From Candidatus Acidiferrales bacterium (GTDB lineage: Bacteria; Acidobacteriota; Terriglobia; Acidiferrales; UBA7541): a DNA stretch of 64,000 nt. The position numbers and the translations under genes were made by a program. Under the pieces are notes generated by a model. That model searched no databases. It saw only the letters and a list, made by a program, of their open reading frames with translations, and was not told the origin of the DNA. The stretch lies in assembly GCA_036520875.1 (NCBI GenBank), contig DATDIT010000021.1, forward strand, positions 3,149 through 67,148. Direction: 5' to 3'. Positions 28,027 to 36,542 of this stretch are shown here, piece after piece (position 1 is the first letter of the stretch; the number at the start of each line of letters is the position of its first letter).

Positions 28027-29103
28027 CTATTTGTGCGGCCTTGCGACTACGAATGGGTCGAGGGTGAGCGGGAGTTCGAATGGGAGCGTTTCCGGCGCCT
28101 CGCAGACGGTGTCGCTGCATTGCTGGTAACGAACCTGACCCGATAGCACGGTTTTACCCTCTTCGAGCGGAAATTTCAGCAGCAGTGAACCTGAGCCTCG
28201 GAATGAGCCGGTGTAGGCGGGAATCGTTTCCTCGAGCGCAGCTAGCCGCATGGGCGCAGCCGATGGAAGTTCAAAGGATTGGCGGATGATTTTCGGATCT
28301 TCGAATGCTACCGACGCAGCTGCGTAAGCTTGGGGCAAAGGGGAGCCGTAGACGTGCCATCCGGGTTGGAGCGTAAATTTCGCAAAGAAGCCGATTTGCT
28401 GGCCGGCGAAAGCTTTTGCGGCAGAGAGTCCAATCTCTATTGTGAGCGCGCCGCTTCGCAGAGTCACGGTAGGGGCACCATCGGCTGCAACTCCAAATTC
28501 TCGAAGAATGACGGCGGACGCCGCGACTCGATGCTGGTAGTTGGGCACGAAATACTTGCGGACGACGACGCCGTCTGGAGCGATCAAATACTCGACGGGA
28601 TGCGGAACGCCGTGCGCGCGGAGGCCGGGAGCGATGTTGGTGTTCAAGATGCCGAAGCTGCGGATGACAGCGCTATCCCGATCGGACAGTAGAGGAATTT
28701 TAATGTGATACTTCTCCGCGAAACGCTGGAGAGTCTCCTGGGAATCGTAGCTGACGGCGGCGATGCGGACGCCTTCCCTTTCGACGATCGAACGCGATTG
28801 CTCCAACTCGACGAGTTGGGAACGGCAGTACTGTCACCAATCGGCGCTTCGATAAAAAACGAGAAGCAGGCCATTGGGACCGGCGAGATTTGCGAGTGAT
28901 CTCGAAACGCCTTCCTGGTCTAGGAGAGAGAAATCGGGGACGCGCTCTCCAGGCTCGGGGCCCGTGGTGTAGCGATCGTTGGTGGCATTGATGTGCCTGA
29001 CGTGCAATTCGGGGGGAACGTGCTCTCCGGCGGCGCGAAGGCGTCCGAACTCCCGCATGATCGCAGCTTTTTCGGCGAGATCTTCCGGTATATGGATTGG
29101 CAT
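28027..29103 (-). CDS. candidate selenoprotein: AhpC/TSA-type redoxin domain with U-x-x-C motif fused to a DsbD-N-terminal-like domain (in-frame TGA at 28836-28834)
   Basis: ORFs 28834-29103 and 28027-28806 are in one frame, separated by a single TGA. The joined sequence reads PDFSLLDQEGVSRSLANLAGPNGLLLVFYRSADW-TGA-QYCRSQLVELEQ...AAVSYDSQ...PLLSDRDS. The TGA sits where this family has the first Cys of WCPxC. The C-terminal half has GWHVY ... VRYQQCSDTVCEAP, which resembles the DsbD alpha/DsbC-corrector domain. A broken pseudogene is the alternative. Confidence 0.6.
28803..28819 (-). promoter_or_regulatory. candidate bacterial SECIS hairpin
   Basis: The mRNA forms CCAACUC-GUC-GAGUUGG, a perfect 7-bp stem. 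The stem starts 14 nt after the UGA, and the apical loop begins with GU at nt 22 after the UGA. This geometry resembles fdhF-type SECIS elements. Confidence 0.45.
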
Positions 29104-29184
29104 TGGCTATCCTTGATAACTAATTTCTAGCAGCCACTATACTACTGCCCGCGCGGCTAAGGTTGGATTGACAAAGTAGATTCT

Positions 29185-30741
29185 CTACGGGGATTTGCAG
29201 ACGAAATTCGCGGCGTCGTCAATGCTGCCTGAACCTTTGTATGCGGCGACTTGTGGGTAGGCGCAGATCGGACGCGTGCGATCCACGACGCCATTGGCAC
29301 GATGAGAGGCGAGGAGTTGATTGGGTGCCTCGCCCTTCTCAAACCACTGCGCGAGAGTGCCGATGGCGTCGAATGTGTTGGGACCTTCCCCGCCGCCGCA
29401 GTGCCCCATCCCCGGAAACATGAACAGGCGGATCGAATCGGTTGCGGCGCTTCCCATGGTCTTCAGCACGCTTTCGTAATAATGGATGGTGTTGAGCGGG
29501 GAGATATTCGGGTCACTCCACCCGTGATACATGAGCAACTTTCCGCCACGGCCGAAAAATTCTTTGAGATTCGGATCCATGGCGCTGGTCCCGCCGTTGT
29601 CCACTTTGTCTGCAATGGCGACGTCGCGATCGAGATTGAGAGTTCTAAAGTCCCAGTTCGGATCGCTGAAGGTTACGTACTTGAAGCCGTCGGTGGCGAA
29701 TGAGAGCGGCTGCGGACCGGCGTGAATCCCCCAACCAAGTTCACTTCCGGGCTCGAGTCCTGGGTAGATTTCCGTGCCCGTGCGCGGATTCTTTGCGGGT
29801 GAGTAAAGCATGCGGGCCGTTTGCACCTGCGGCGCCGTGAGGCAAGACGGCTCGTCACCGCCCTCGCACGTGAGAACTTTTGGATCGAAATGGCAGCGCA
29901 AGGGATCGCCGATGAGCCCGTCTTTGAGGCCGTCGAGCGCGTCACAGGCGTCCAGGGCGGCTTTGTGGATTAGTGGGTATTTGCTCGGCGGGATATAGCT
30001 GGATTCGTCTTTGTGAATCGCCTGCGCAATCGAGAGGGACCATGAATAAAGGTGCGTTCTATTGTTCGCAGGCGCGCCGGCGATGATGGCGTTGTAATCG
30101 GCTGGATAGCGCTGAGCTTCGGTGAGTGCCTGCCGGCCGCCGGTTGAGCATCCGTTCCAATAAGAGATGGAGGGCGCCTGGCCATAAAAGGCTGCAACAA
30201 TTGACTTGGCGGCGACGGTCATTACATGCACCGAGCGATAGGCGAAATCAGTCATCTTCTCGGGGTGACCGAGAGCAAAACTTCCACCGCTTGTCGCATG
30301 ACCTGTATCGGTGCTGGCGGCGGCGTAACCTTCCTCGACACCATGCGCCAAGGCGGTGTAACTGATGACGCCGGCCCAGCCACCGTTGCCAACCGATTGG
30401 AGCTTGCTATTCCACCCTGATGCTGGCAGCCATACTTCGATTTTGATATCGGAATCGCTGGAGGGCGTCAAAGTAGCCGTTACCCGGCAGAACTCGGGCA
30501 GGTGGGCGAAGGGAGATCTGGTGGGTGCTGCGGCTGCTTCGGGCCTCGCTGGTCCAGGCGGCGAAAAGGCTCCGGCGGCTACGTCCGCGGCCGATGTAAC
30601 TCTGGTGTTCGGCAGCGAAAGATGGGCCAGGCTTTCGCACGGGGCAGCGGTTGCTGGCGAATTGCCGATCGCGAGCGTGGCAGCCAAGACTAAGAAAAAT
30701 GCGAGAAGAATGGAACGATGCGCAGCGGCCCTTGCAAACAT
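29185..30741 (-). CDS. secreted tannase / feruloyl esterase family alpha/beta hydrolase (paralogue 2)
   Basis: GCSTGGRQAL and AGAPANNRTHL are present, and the protein is collinear with the 9287-10846 protein throughout. ATG at 30741 has a GGAGGAGG Shine-Dalgarno and gives the signal peptide MFARAAAHRSILLAFFLVLAATLAIGNSPATAA. Confidence 0.85.
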   Translation of the reverse strand: MFARAAAHRSILLAFFLVLAATLAIGNSPATAAPCESLAHLSLPNTRVTSAADVAAGAFSPPGPARPEAAAAPTRSPFAHLPEFCRVTATLTPSSDSDIKIEVWLPASGWNSKLQSVGNGGWAGVISYTALAHGVEEGYAAASTDTGHATSGGSFALGHPEKMTDFAYRSVHVMTVAAKSIVAAFYGQAPSISYWNGCSTGGRQALTEAQRYPADYNAIIAGAPANNRTHLYSWSLSIAQAIHKDESSYIPPSKYPLIHKAALDACDALDGLKDGLIGDPLRCHFDPKVLTCEGGDEPSCLTAPQVQTARMLYSPAKNPRTGTEIYPGLEPGSELGWGIHAGPQPLSFATDGFKYVTFSDPNWDFRTLNLDRDVAIADKVDNGGTSAMDPNLKEFFGRGGKLLMYHGWSDPNISPLNTIHYYESVLKTMGSAATDSIRLFMFPGMGHCGGGEGPNTFDAIGTLAQWFEKGEAPNQLLASHRANGVVDRTRPICAYPQVAAYKGSGSIDDAANFVCKSP

Positions 30742-30922
30742 GGCGACCTCCTCCTGGAAATTCTTCCAACGAGCAACGGGAGATCTGATGCTGCTTTTGA
30801 CCACCTGCCACCCTGAAAGGACGGCGCTACATTAAACTTCGGAGGAAGGCGCAAAAGTATACGTGACGCCAGAAAGTCTTGCAGCGCGGCGTAGCACTGC
30901 GAGCCGCACTGACCTATTTGAC

Positions 30923-31177
30923 CTATTGCTCGCTAACCTGTTTCGCGTCGTTCGTGGTTTCAGTTGCCACTGCACCATCGAGGACTTGGGCCTTAATTGT
31001 GAGGCCATTCTTCGCGGCATCGAAGCGAACTTTGCGATCCATCGTTTTCCACACGTCGCGAAGCCCCTTTCCAATGCCGACGGGCAGACTACCTGCTTCC
31101 ACACGCACTTTACCGGCGACCGTCGGCCCACTGTTGCGATCTTGATATTCGATCTCGACTTGAATCGTTTTGCTCAT
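30923..31177 (-). CDS. small hypothetical protein (84 aa)
   Basis: ATG at 31177 is preceded by an AAGGGAGA Shine-Dalgarno. The sequence is MSKTIQVEIEYQDRNSGPTVAGKVRVEAGSLPVGIGKGL.... I recognise no family. Confidence 0.45.
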   Translation of the reverse strand: MSKTIQVEIEYQDRNSGPTVAGKVRVEAGSLPVGIGKGLRDVWKTMDRKVRFDAAKNGLTIKAQVLDGAVATETTNDAKQVSEQ

Positions 31178-31487
31178 CAGTCTCCCTTTTTGGTTGTGAT
31201 GTGTGCCGAGCACATTCATCGGCTTATGCGAATGGCGGCTGGAATCGGCTTCGGCGCGCTAAATTCTATTGGCACCTTGCGGGTTCATACGACGAGAGCG
31301 CGGGCTCCTTTTTCGCAATGCGGGAACAAATGAAAAGAGAGGCGTCTGGCTAAGCTCACAAGCGCCCCTCTAGTTTACGTCTAATTATCCGTGTACCTCA
31401 GGGATCACCTCCTTCTCGGCAGGAACGCCGATACAACCGATTATTATTGTAAACGATGAGCGGTCGAATTTTGAAGAGAAGTTCAGG

Positions 31488-32735
31488 CTAATTTTGGACC
31501 GCCAGCTTAATTTCCGCCGTGTCGTCTTTTAGTTCGAGGGCTGTGCCGAAAGGCTTTGAGGCGTCCGCGAGGCGCTGAAGGATATAGCCTGCTCTGGCGC
31601 CGGTGGCGGGCGACGGCAAGCCGCGCGTATCGAGGAACTGGTTGTTGGCGTACTCGTTATGAACATCGGGCTGACCCTGGCCCAGGTTGTTCAAGACAAT
31701 GGGGCGGAACGAAATCGATTGCAACTTCTTTCCCTGAAATTGGACGTAGGCGACGGCGCTCTCCCAATTCATCGGTTCATCGATGTAGGTGAGCGTGGGG
31801 GGGACATTGTAGATGAAATTGCCCAGATCGTAGAAAATTGGGCGGCCGTGATAAATCTCAACGCCGTGAAGCAGAGGCGCGCCATGCATCACCACGATGT
31901 CCGCGCCCGCGTCAACTTCCGCATGCGTCCACTTCCTTAGCCAATCATTGGGAGCGAGCCGCTCCGGCATTCCTTCGGTGAAAATCGTGGAGAAGGAGTG
32001 ATTGCCGAAGACGTGGTTATGCTGGTAGACGATCACGAGGTCCGCGTGCTGGCTGGCGTAGTGAATGCTTTGAAGGATGCGCTGCGAATCCTCCTGATTG
32101 GGCGTGTTCGGAGGCGCGCCAGGCAGATCGGCAGTGGCTTCATTTTCCTTGTCGCCGGCCTCGATGCGAAGCTCATTCACTCCCGGGCGGTTCGCCGTGG
32201 CGCTTGCATCTGGCGAAATCAAGCCTGACGCGCTCGCTATCAGGGCAATCGTGCCCTTTGGCGTGCGCAGGTAACCCGGCGCAACAGCTTCGGCCACGTT
32301 GTTTCCAGTTCCGGCGTAAACGATTTTCCGGCGGTCGGCTTCACGGATGGTGTTCTGAATGCCCACGACCTTCAGATCGAATGCGTGGTTGCCGGCGAGG
32401 GATAACAAGTTAAAACCGAATGCCTTCAGGGCATCGAGCGCTTCAGGCGGAGTGAGAAAGCCCCTTCCCTCATGAACTGTCTGGCCCTTTTCGGCGACCG
32501 CGGCTTCGAGGTTGGTGAAGATGACGTCACCCTTTAGCAGACCTTTTATTACTGGCACAGCGGCCGGTGCGGTGGAGCGAATGTCTGACCGGATCATCGA
32601 CTGCCCCGCCAAGGTGATGGTTATCGCGGGCGACTGCGGCCGCGCGGCAGCACCGATCGCGCACGCAATGGCGAACGGAAGCGCGAGACGCGCTGCTCTA
32701 GGCAATAGCCGGTCAGGCTTCGAGGTTGTTGCCAT
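31488..32735 (-). CDS. CapA-family (PGA_cap) metallophosphatase-like protein, secreted
   Basis: Supporting segments are TLAGQSMIRSD, GDVIFTNLEAAV, LSLAGNHAFD and VVMHGAP. The N-terminus is a signal/anchor. The start is taken at ATG 32735, and 32762 is an alternative. Confidence 0.8.
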   Translation of the reverse strand: MATTSKPDRLLPRAARLALPFAIACAIGAAARPQSPAITITLAGQSMIRSDIRSTAPAAVPVIKGLLKGDVIFTNLEAAVAEKGQTVHEGRGFLTPPEALDALKAFGFNLLSLAGNHAFDLKVVGIQNTIREADRRKIVYAGTGNNVAEAVAPGYLRTPKGTIALIASASGLISPDASATANRPGVNELRIEAGDKENEATADLPGAPPNTPNQEDSQRILQSIHYASQHADLVIVYQHNHVFGNHSFSTIFTEGMPERLAPNDWLRKWTHAEVDAGADIVVMHGAPLLHGVEIYHGRPIFYDLGNFIYNVPPTLTYIDEPMNWESAVAYVQFQGKKLQSISFRPIVLNNLGQGQPDVHNEYANNQFLDTRGLPSPATGARAGYILQRLADASKPFGTALELKDDTAEIKLAVQN

Positions 32736-32826
32736 ATGCGCGATGCTGCCGCGTTGAATCATGCCCGTATGTCAGTTTCCGAGAATACGGTTTATCGGGA
32801 ACCGTGCGTTCTGGCAAGTGTTTGTT

Positions 32827-33714
32827 TTATGCGGGAGACCAGTGCTTGAGGATGGATTTGAAACCCTGCGCTTTGAGCTCGTCCTTGATTCTGTGAGCGG
32901 AATCGGGATCGCTATAAGCGCCGACGGCCACGCGGTAGAAAGGAGTGGCGCCGCGCTTGAAGACAAAAGCCGGAAAATTCCTTTGCTGCAACGTCTTCGC
33001 AAGCGCGTCCGCGTTGTCTTCATGCTTCATCGCTGCCACTTGAAGGACGAAACCGGGAAGGCTTAAAGGGTGCGTGACAGGAAGAGAGGGCGTTGGCGCG
33101 GGTGGCGGCTCAACCGATGCGGTTGAGCTCGGGGCGGGAATTTCAGGAACTTTATCGGCAGCCATGATCTCTTTGGCCTGCCAGCGATTCGCTACACCGG
33201 GATAATGACGGATGAAGGTGATGCCAGAGACTATGGAGAGCGCACCCAGGATGAGCCACGTCAAATAGCGCGACGCGCCATAGTGGCTTACTTCGTTGGG
33301 CATTGGCTGCGGCGCAAGGAAGCCAACTGAACCTATTTCGTGGGTGAAAAAGACTGGTGGTTGGGCGGGCTCCTCCTCAACGAGAGCTAGCTCAGCGGTG
33401 TCGAAGACGCTGGCAGATATCCATTGCCTGAGCTGCTGCCGGGAAGTATCGGCCAAATCCACAAAACGCAACCCGGTGCGCTTTTCCGAGTCGTTGGTCC
33501 AGGCAATTTCTCCATTGGCTTGGATATGACCGTGTCCGTCCGGCAGATCAAACACAAGAGGAATAACTTGGGCGGAGCTCTCGGAACCCAGATCGTCGAT
33601 GGCCAGACCTTCTTCGGAGAGATCGAAGAGCAGCCGGGACTGGGATTCGCCGCAGCGAACCAACAGCGGCTGATCGGGAATCACCCGCTGATATTGACGG
33701 CGGTCTGGAAGCAT
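32827..33714 (-). CDS. PilZ domain - TM helix - SPOR domain protein
   Basis: The canonical PilZ motifs RRQYQR (RxxxR) and DLSEEG (DxSxxG) are present. A central TM helix follows (YLTWLILGALSIVSGITFI). The C-terminal SPOR fold is FVLQVAAMKHEDNADALAKTLQQRNFPAFVFKRGATPFYRVAVGAYSDPDSAHRIKDELKAQGF. Confidence 0.75.
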   Translation of the reverse strand: MLPDRRQYQRVIPDQPLLVRCGESQSRLLFDLSEEGLAIDDLGSESSAQVIPLVFDLPDGHGHIQANGEIAWTNDSEKRTGLRFVDLADTSRQQLRQWISASVFDTAELALVEEEPAQPPVFFTHEIGSVGFLAPQPMPNEVSHYGASRYLTWLILGALSIVSGITFIRHYPGVANRWQAKEIMAADKVPEIPAPSSTASVEPPPAPTPSLPVTHPLSLPGFVLQVAAMKHEDNADALAKTLQQRNFPAFVFKRGATPFYRVAVGAYSDPDSAHRIKDELKAQGFKSILKHWSPA

Positions 33715-34014
33715 GTGCGCCTTCAGTGAGAGGCTAAGAACTCGGAGGCGATAATAAAACGAAGCTTTGCAGAAGGCTTCTATTCGACATGGGGAACTTG
33801 TTCAAACGGGCAATACACCGAAAGCTGATGTGTCGGACGCTGACTTCGGTAGGTCGGGCCGCCGGAAATTGTTCAGTATTGTTCCCAGGGGTACTTTCGA
33901 GTCATTTACGTTGCTTTCAAATTAGGATACGTCCGCCGGTGATTTCGATACAATTGGGAATCATCACATCGCGTAAGCGCATTGTAAGGGTAGTCCGGAA
34001 TACACGGGGCTTCG

Positions 34015-35199
34015 GTGGAGAGCGAGCACAAACTAGAGAAGGAACGCGGTCGGCTGCTGCAATCGGCGCGGCGGGTCGTAATTAAGATCGGAACGGCGAC
34101 CGTGACAGGGCAGGAGGGAAACCTGTGCGCCGAGCGGGTCGAGCCCGTCGTTCGTTCGATCGCCGCTCTAATAAAAGAGGGGCGGCAGGTGGTGCTGGTT
34201 TCTTCGGGCGCGGTGGGACTTGGGCGCGGCTGGCTGGGGCTGCATCGGTCACGCTTGGAGGATATGGTAACGAAACAGGCCTGCGCCGCCGTCGGCCAAA
34301 GTCTTCTGATGGATGCGTACAAGGACCTGTTTTCGAGATGGGACATTAAAATTGCACAGGTGCTGCTGACGGAGGAGGACTTCACGAACTGGCGCCGCTA
34401 CTCGAATCTTCAGCACACAATCGAGAAGCTGCTGGGGTTCGGAGTGCTGCCAATCGTGAACGAAAACGATACGGTCTCCACGGCGGAATTGGAACCGGTG
34501 ACGCCCGAATCGCGCACGCCCGCGTTCAGCGACAACGACCGATTGGCAGCGCTGGTAATGAGCGGATTGGAGGCAGATGCGCTGGTGCTGCTCACCAACG
34601 TGGATGGATTGCTGGAGCAATCCCGAAACGGCGCCCAAAGCGGCGAAGGCGAGGTGATTCCGCTGGTCGCGGAAATCACGCCGGAAATACAATCACTGGC
34701 GGCTGGTCCATCGGAGAGCGGTCGTGGCGGGATGCGGACGAAGCTCGAGGCCTCGGAGATTGCCATGAAATGCGGCGGGATCGCGGTGATCGCGAATGGC
34801 AGCCGCTCGGATACCCTGGATCGAGTTTTTGCGGGCGAAAAGACCGGGACTGCGTTTTTGCCCGCCAAGCGCATGCCGGGAAAACGGCGCTGGATTGCCT
34901 ACGCAGCGAATGTTCGCGGACGCGTGGTGGTGGACGCTGGCGCACATCGGGCAATCACTCAGGGGAAAGCGAGCCTGCTGGCATCGGGAATCGTGCGCGT
35001 GGAAAACCGGTTTGCATCGATGGACGTGGTAAGCATCGTGGATTCCGAGGGACGTGAATTCGCGCGTGGTATCGCAAAGTGCACCAGCGAGGAAGCGGAA
35101 AAATTTTCCGCGAAGAGGAGCAACGCTTCGGGAGGCAGAGCTAACCCTTCGCCGGTTTTGGTGACGCGCGATAATATCGTGTTGCTGCAGAAAACATGA
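34015..35199 (+). CDS. proB: glutamate 5-kinase (with PUA domain)
   Basis: Supporting segments are VVIKIGTATVT, LVSSGAVGLG and NENDTVS, plus a C-terminal PUA-like region. The stop overlaps the proA start (ATGA). Confidence 0.93.
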   Translation: MESEHKLEKERGRLLQSARRVVIKIGTATVTGQEGNLCAERVEPVVRSIAALIKEGRQVVLVSSGAVGLGRGWLGLHRSRLEDMVTKQACAAVGQSLLMDAYKDLFSRWDIKIAQVLLTEEDFTNWRRYSNLQHTIEKLLGFGVLPIVNENDTVSTAELEPVTPESRTPAFSDNDRLAALVMSGLEADALVLLTNVDGLLEQSRNGAQSGEGEVIPLVAEITPEIQSLAAGPSESGRGGMRTKLEASEIAMKCGGIAVIANGSRSDTLDRVFAGEKTGTAFLPAKRMPGKRRWIAYAANVRGRVVVDAGAHRAITQGKASLLASGIVRVENRFASMDVVSIVDSEGREFARGIAKCTSEEAEKFSAKRSNASGGRANPSPVLVTRDNIVLLQKT

Positions 35200-36542
35200 G
35201 CCAGTCAACGACAGCATCAGCAGTGCAAGCGAGCCATACTTCCGTCGCGGCGGCGGCGCAGCGAGCGAGAAAGGCTTCGCGGGCGCTGGCCAAACTGTCG
35301 GCGGACGCTCGCGTGGAAGTTCTGATGGCGGCAGCACAAGCCATCGAAGACGCGCAGCAGCGAATTCTCGATGCGAATGAGCGCGACTGCCGCGCCGCGG
35401 AGCCGGCGGTGGCGTCCGGAAAAATGACTGCGTCGATCTTGGCGCGATTGCGCGTTACGGAGGCTGGCATCGCGCAAATGGCCGCGCAGATTCGAGAAGT
35501 CGCGCGTCTTGAGGATCCTCTCGGGCGGACGCTATCCGCCACGGAGTTGGATGAGGGATTGGTGCTGCACAAGGAATCGTGTCCCTTTGGAGTGGTGGGC
35601 TTGATTTTCGAATCGCGGCCGGACGTGATTCCGCAGGTCGCTTCGCTGTGCCTGAAATCGGGCAACGCGGTGATCCTGAAGGGCGGCTCGGAAGCAGCGG
35701 AGACGAATCAAGAGCTCGTATCGATCTGGCGAGAGTGCTTGATTCGGTTTCAGGGGGTTCCGGTGGATTCGATCATCCTGCTGGAATCGCGCGCGGAGGT
35801 GATGGAACTTTTGACCCAGGATCGCGACGTGGATTTGATCGTTCCTCGCGGCTCGTACGAGCTGGTGAAGTACATCATGCAGCACAGCCGGATTCCGGTT
35901 CTGGGACATGGCGAGGGGATTTGCCACGTTTACGTGGATCGCGCCGCGGACATCGAGAAAGCCGTGAACATTATTTACGACGCCAAGGTAGAGTATCCGG
36001 CGGTGTGTAATGCCGCCGAAACTTTGCTTGTGCATGAAGCGATCGCAACAGAATTTCTGCCGCAGGCGGTTCGGAAATTGGCAGGCGCCGGAGTGGAGAT
36101 TCGCGGCGATTCGAAAACCGCCGCGGTATTGCCCGGCGTATCCATTTTGCCCGCCACAGAAAAGGATTGGTCAACTGAATATTCGGATCTCATTTTGGCC
36201 GTCAAGGTTGTCGCCAGTCTCGATGAGGCTATCGAGCACATCAATACCTACGGCTCGCGTCATACGGATGCGATCGTGACGGAGGATTCGGAAGCCGCGG
36301 CGCGATTTATGAGTGAGGTAGACTCGGCGGGCGTTTTTCAGAATGCCTCTACGCGTTTTGCGGACGGTTTCCGCTATGGATTCGGCGCTGAGCTGGGCAT
36401 CAGCACTAGCAAATTGCACGCGCGCGGGCCGATGGGGCTCGAAGGTCTGACCACCTACAAGTACAAATTGTACGGCCACGGACAGACGGTGGCTGAATAC
36501 ACCAAGGGCGAGAAGAAATTCATCCACCGCCGGTTACAGTAA
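35196..36542 (+). CDS. proA: glutamate-5-semialdehyde dehydrogenase
   Basis: It resembles ProA along its full length. The catalytic Cys sits in VCNAAETLLVH. Other supporting segments are IFESRPDV and AVILKGGSEA. Confidence 0.95.
   Translation: MSQSTTASAVQASHTSVAAAAQRARKASRALAKLSADARVEVLMAAAQAIEDAQQRILDANERDCRAAEPAVASGKMTASILARLRVTEAGIAQMAAQIREVARLEDPLGRTLSATELDEGLVLHKESCPFGVVGLIFESRPDVIPQVASLCLKSGNAVILKGGSEAAETNQELVSIWRECLIRFQGVPVDSIILLESRAEVMELLTQDRDVDLIVPRGSYELVKYIMQHSRIPVLGHGEGICHVYVDRAADIEKAVNIIYDAKVEYPAVCNAAETLLVHEAIATEFLPQAVRKLAGAGVEIRGDSKTAAVLPGVSILPATEKDWSTEYSDLILAVKVVASLDEAIEHINTYGSRHTDAIVTEDSEAAARFMSEVDSAGVFQNASTRFADGFRYGFGAELGISTSKLHARGPMGLEGLTTYKYKLYGHGQTVAEYTKGEKKFIHRRLQ

Noticed and set aside
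31402-31414. GGATCACCTCCTT is identical to the conserved 3' end of 16S rRNA. On the minus strand it reads as an extended Shine-Dalgarno, AAGGAGGTGATCC.
   Set aside because: It is only 13 nt with no flanking rRNA-like sequence, so it is not an rRNA fragment. On the minus strand no start codon follows at a usable distance. It is most likely chance, or part of the capA 3' UTR.
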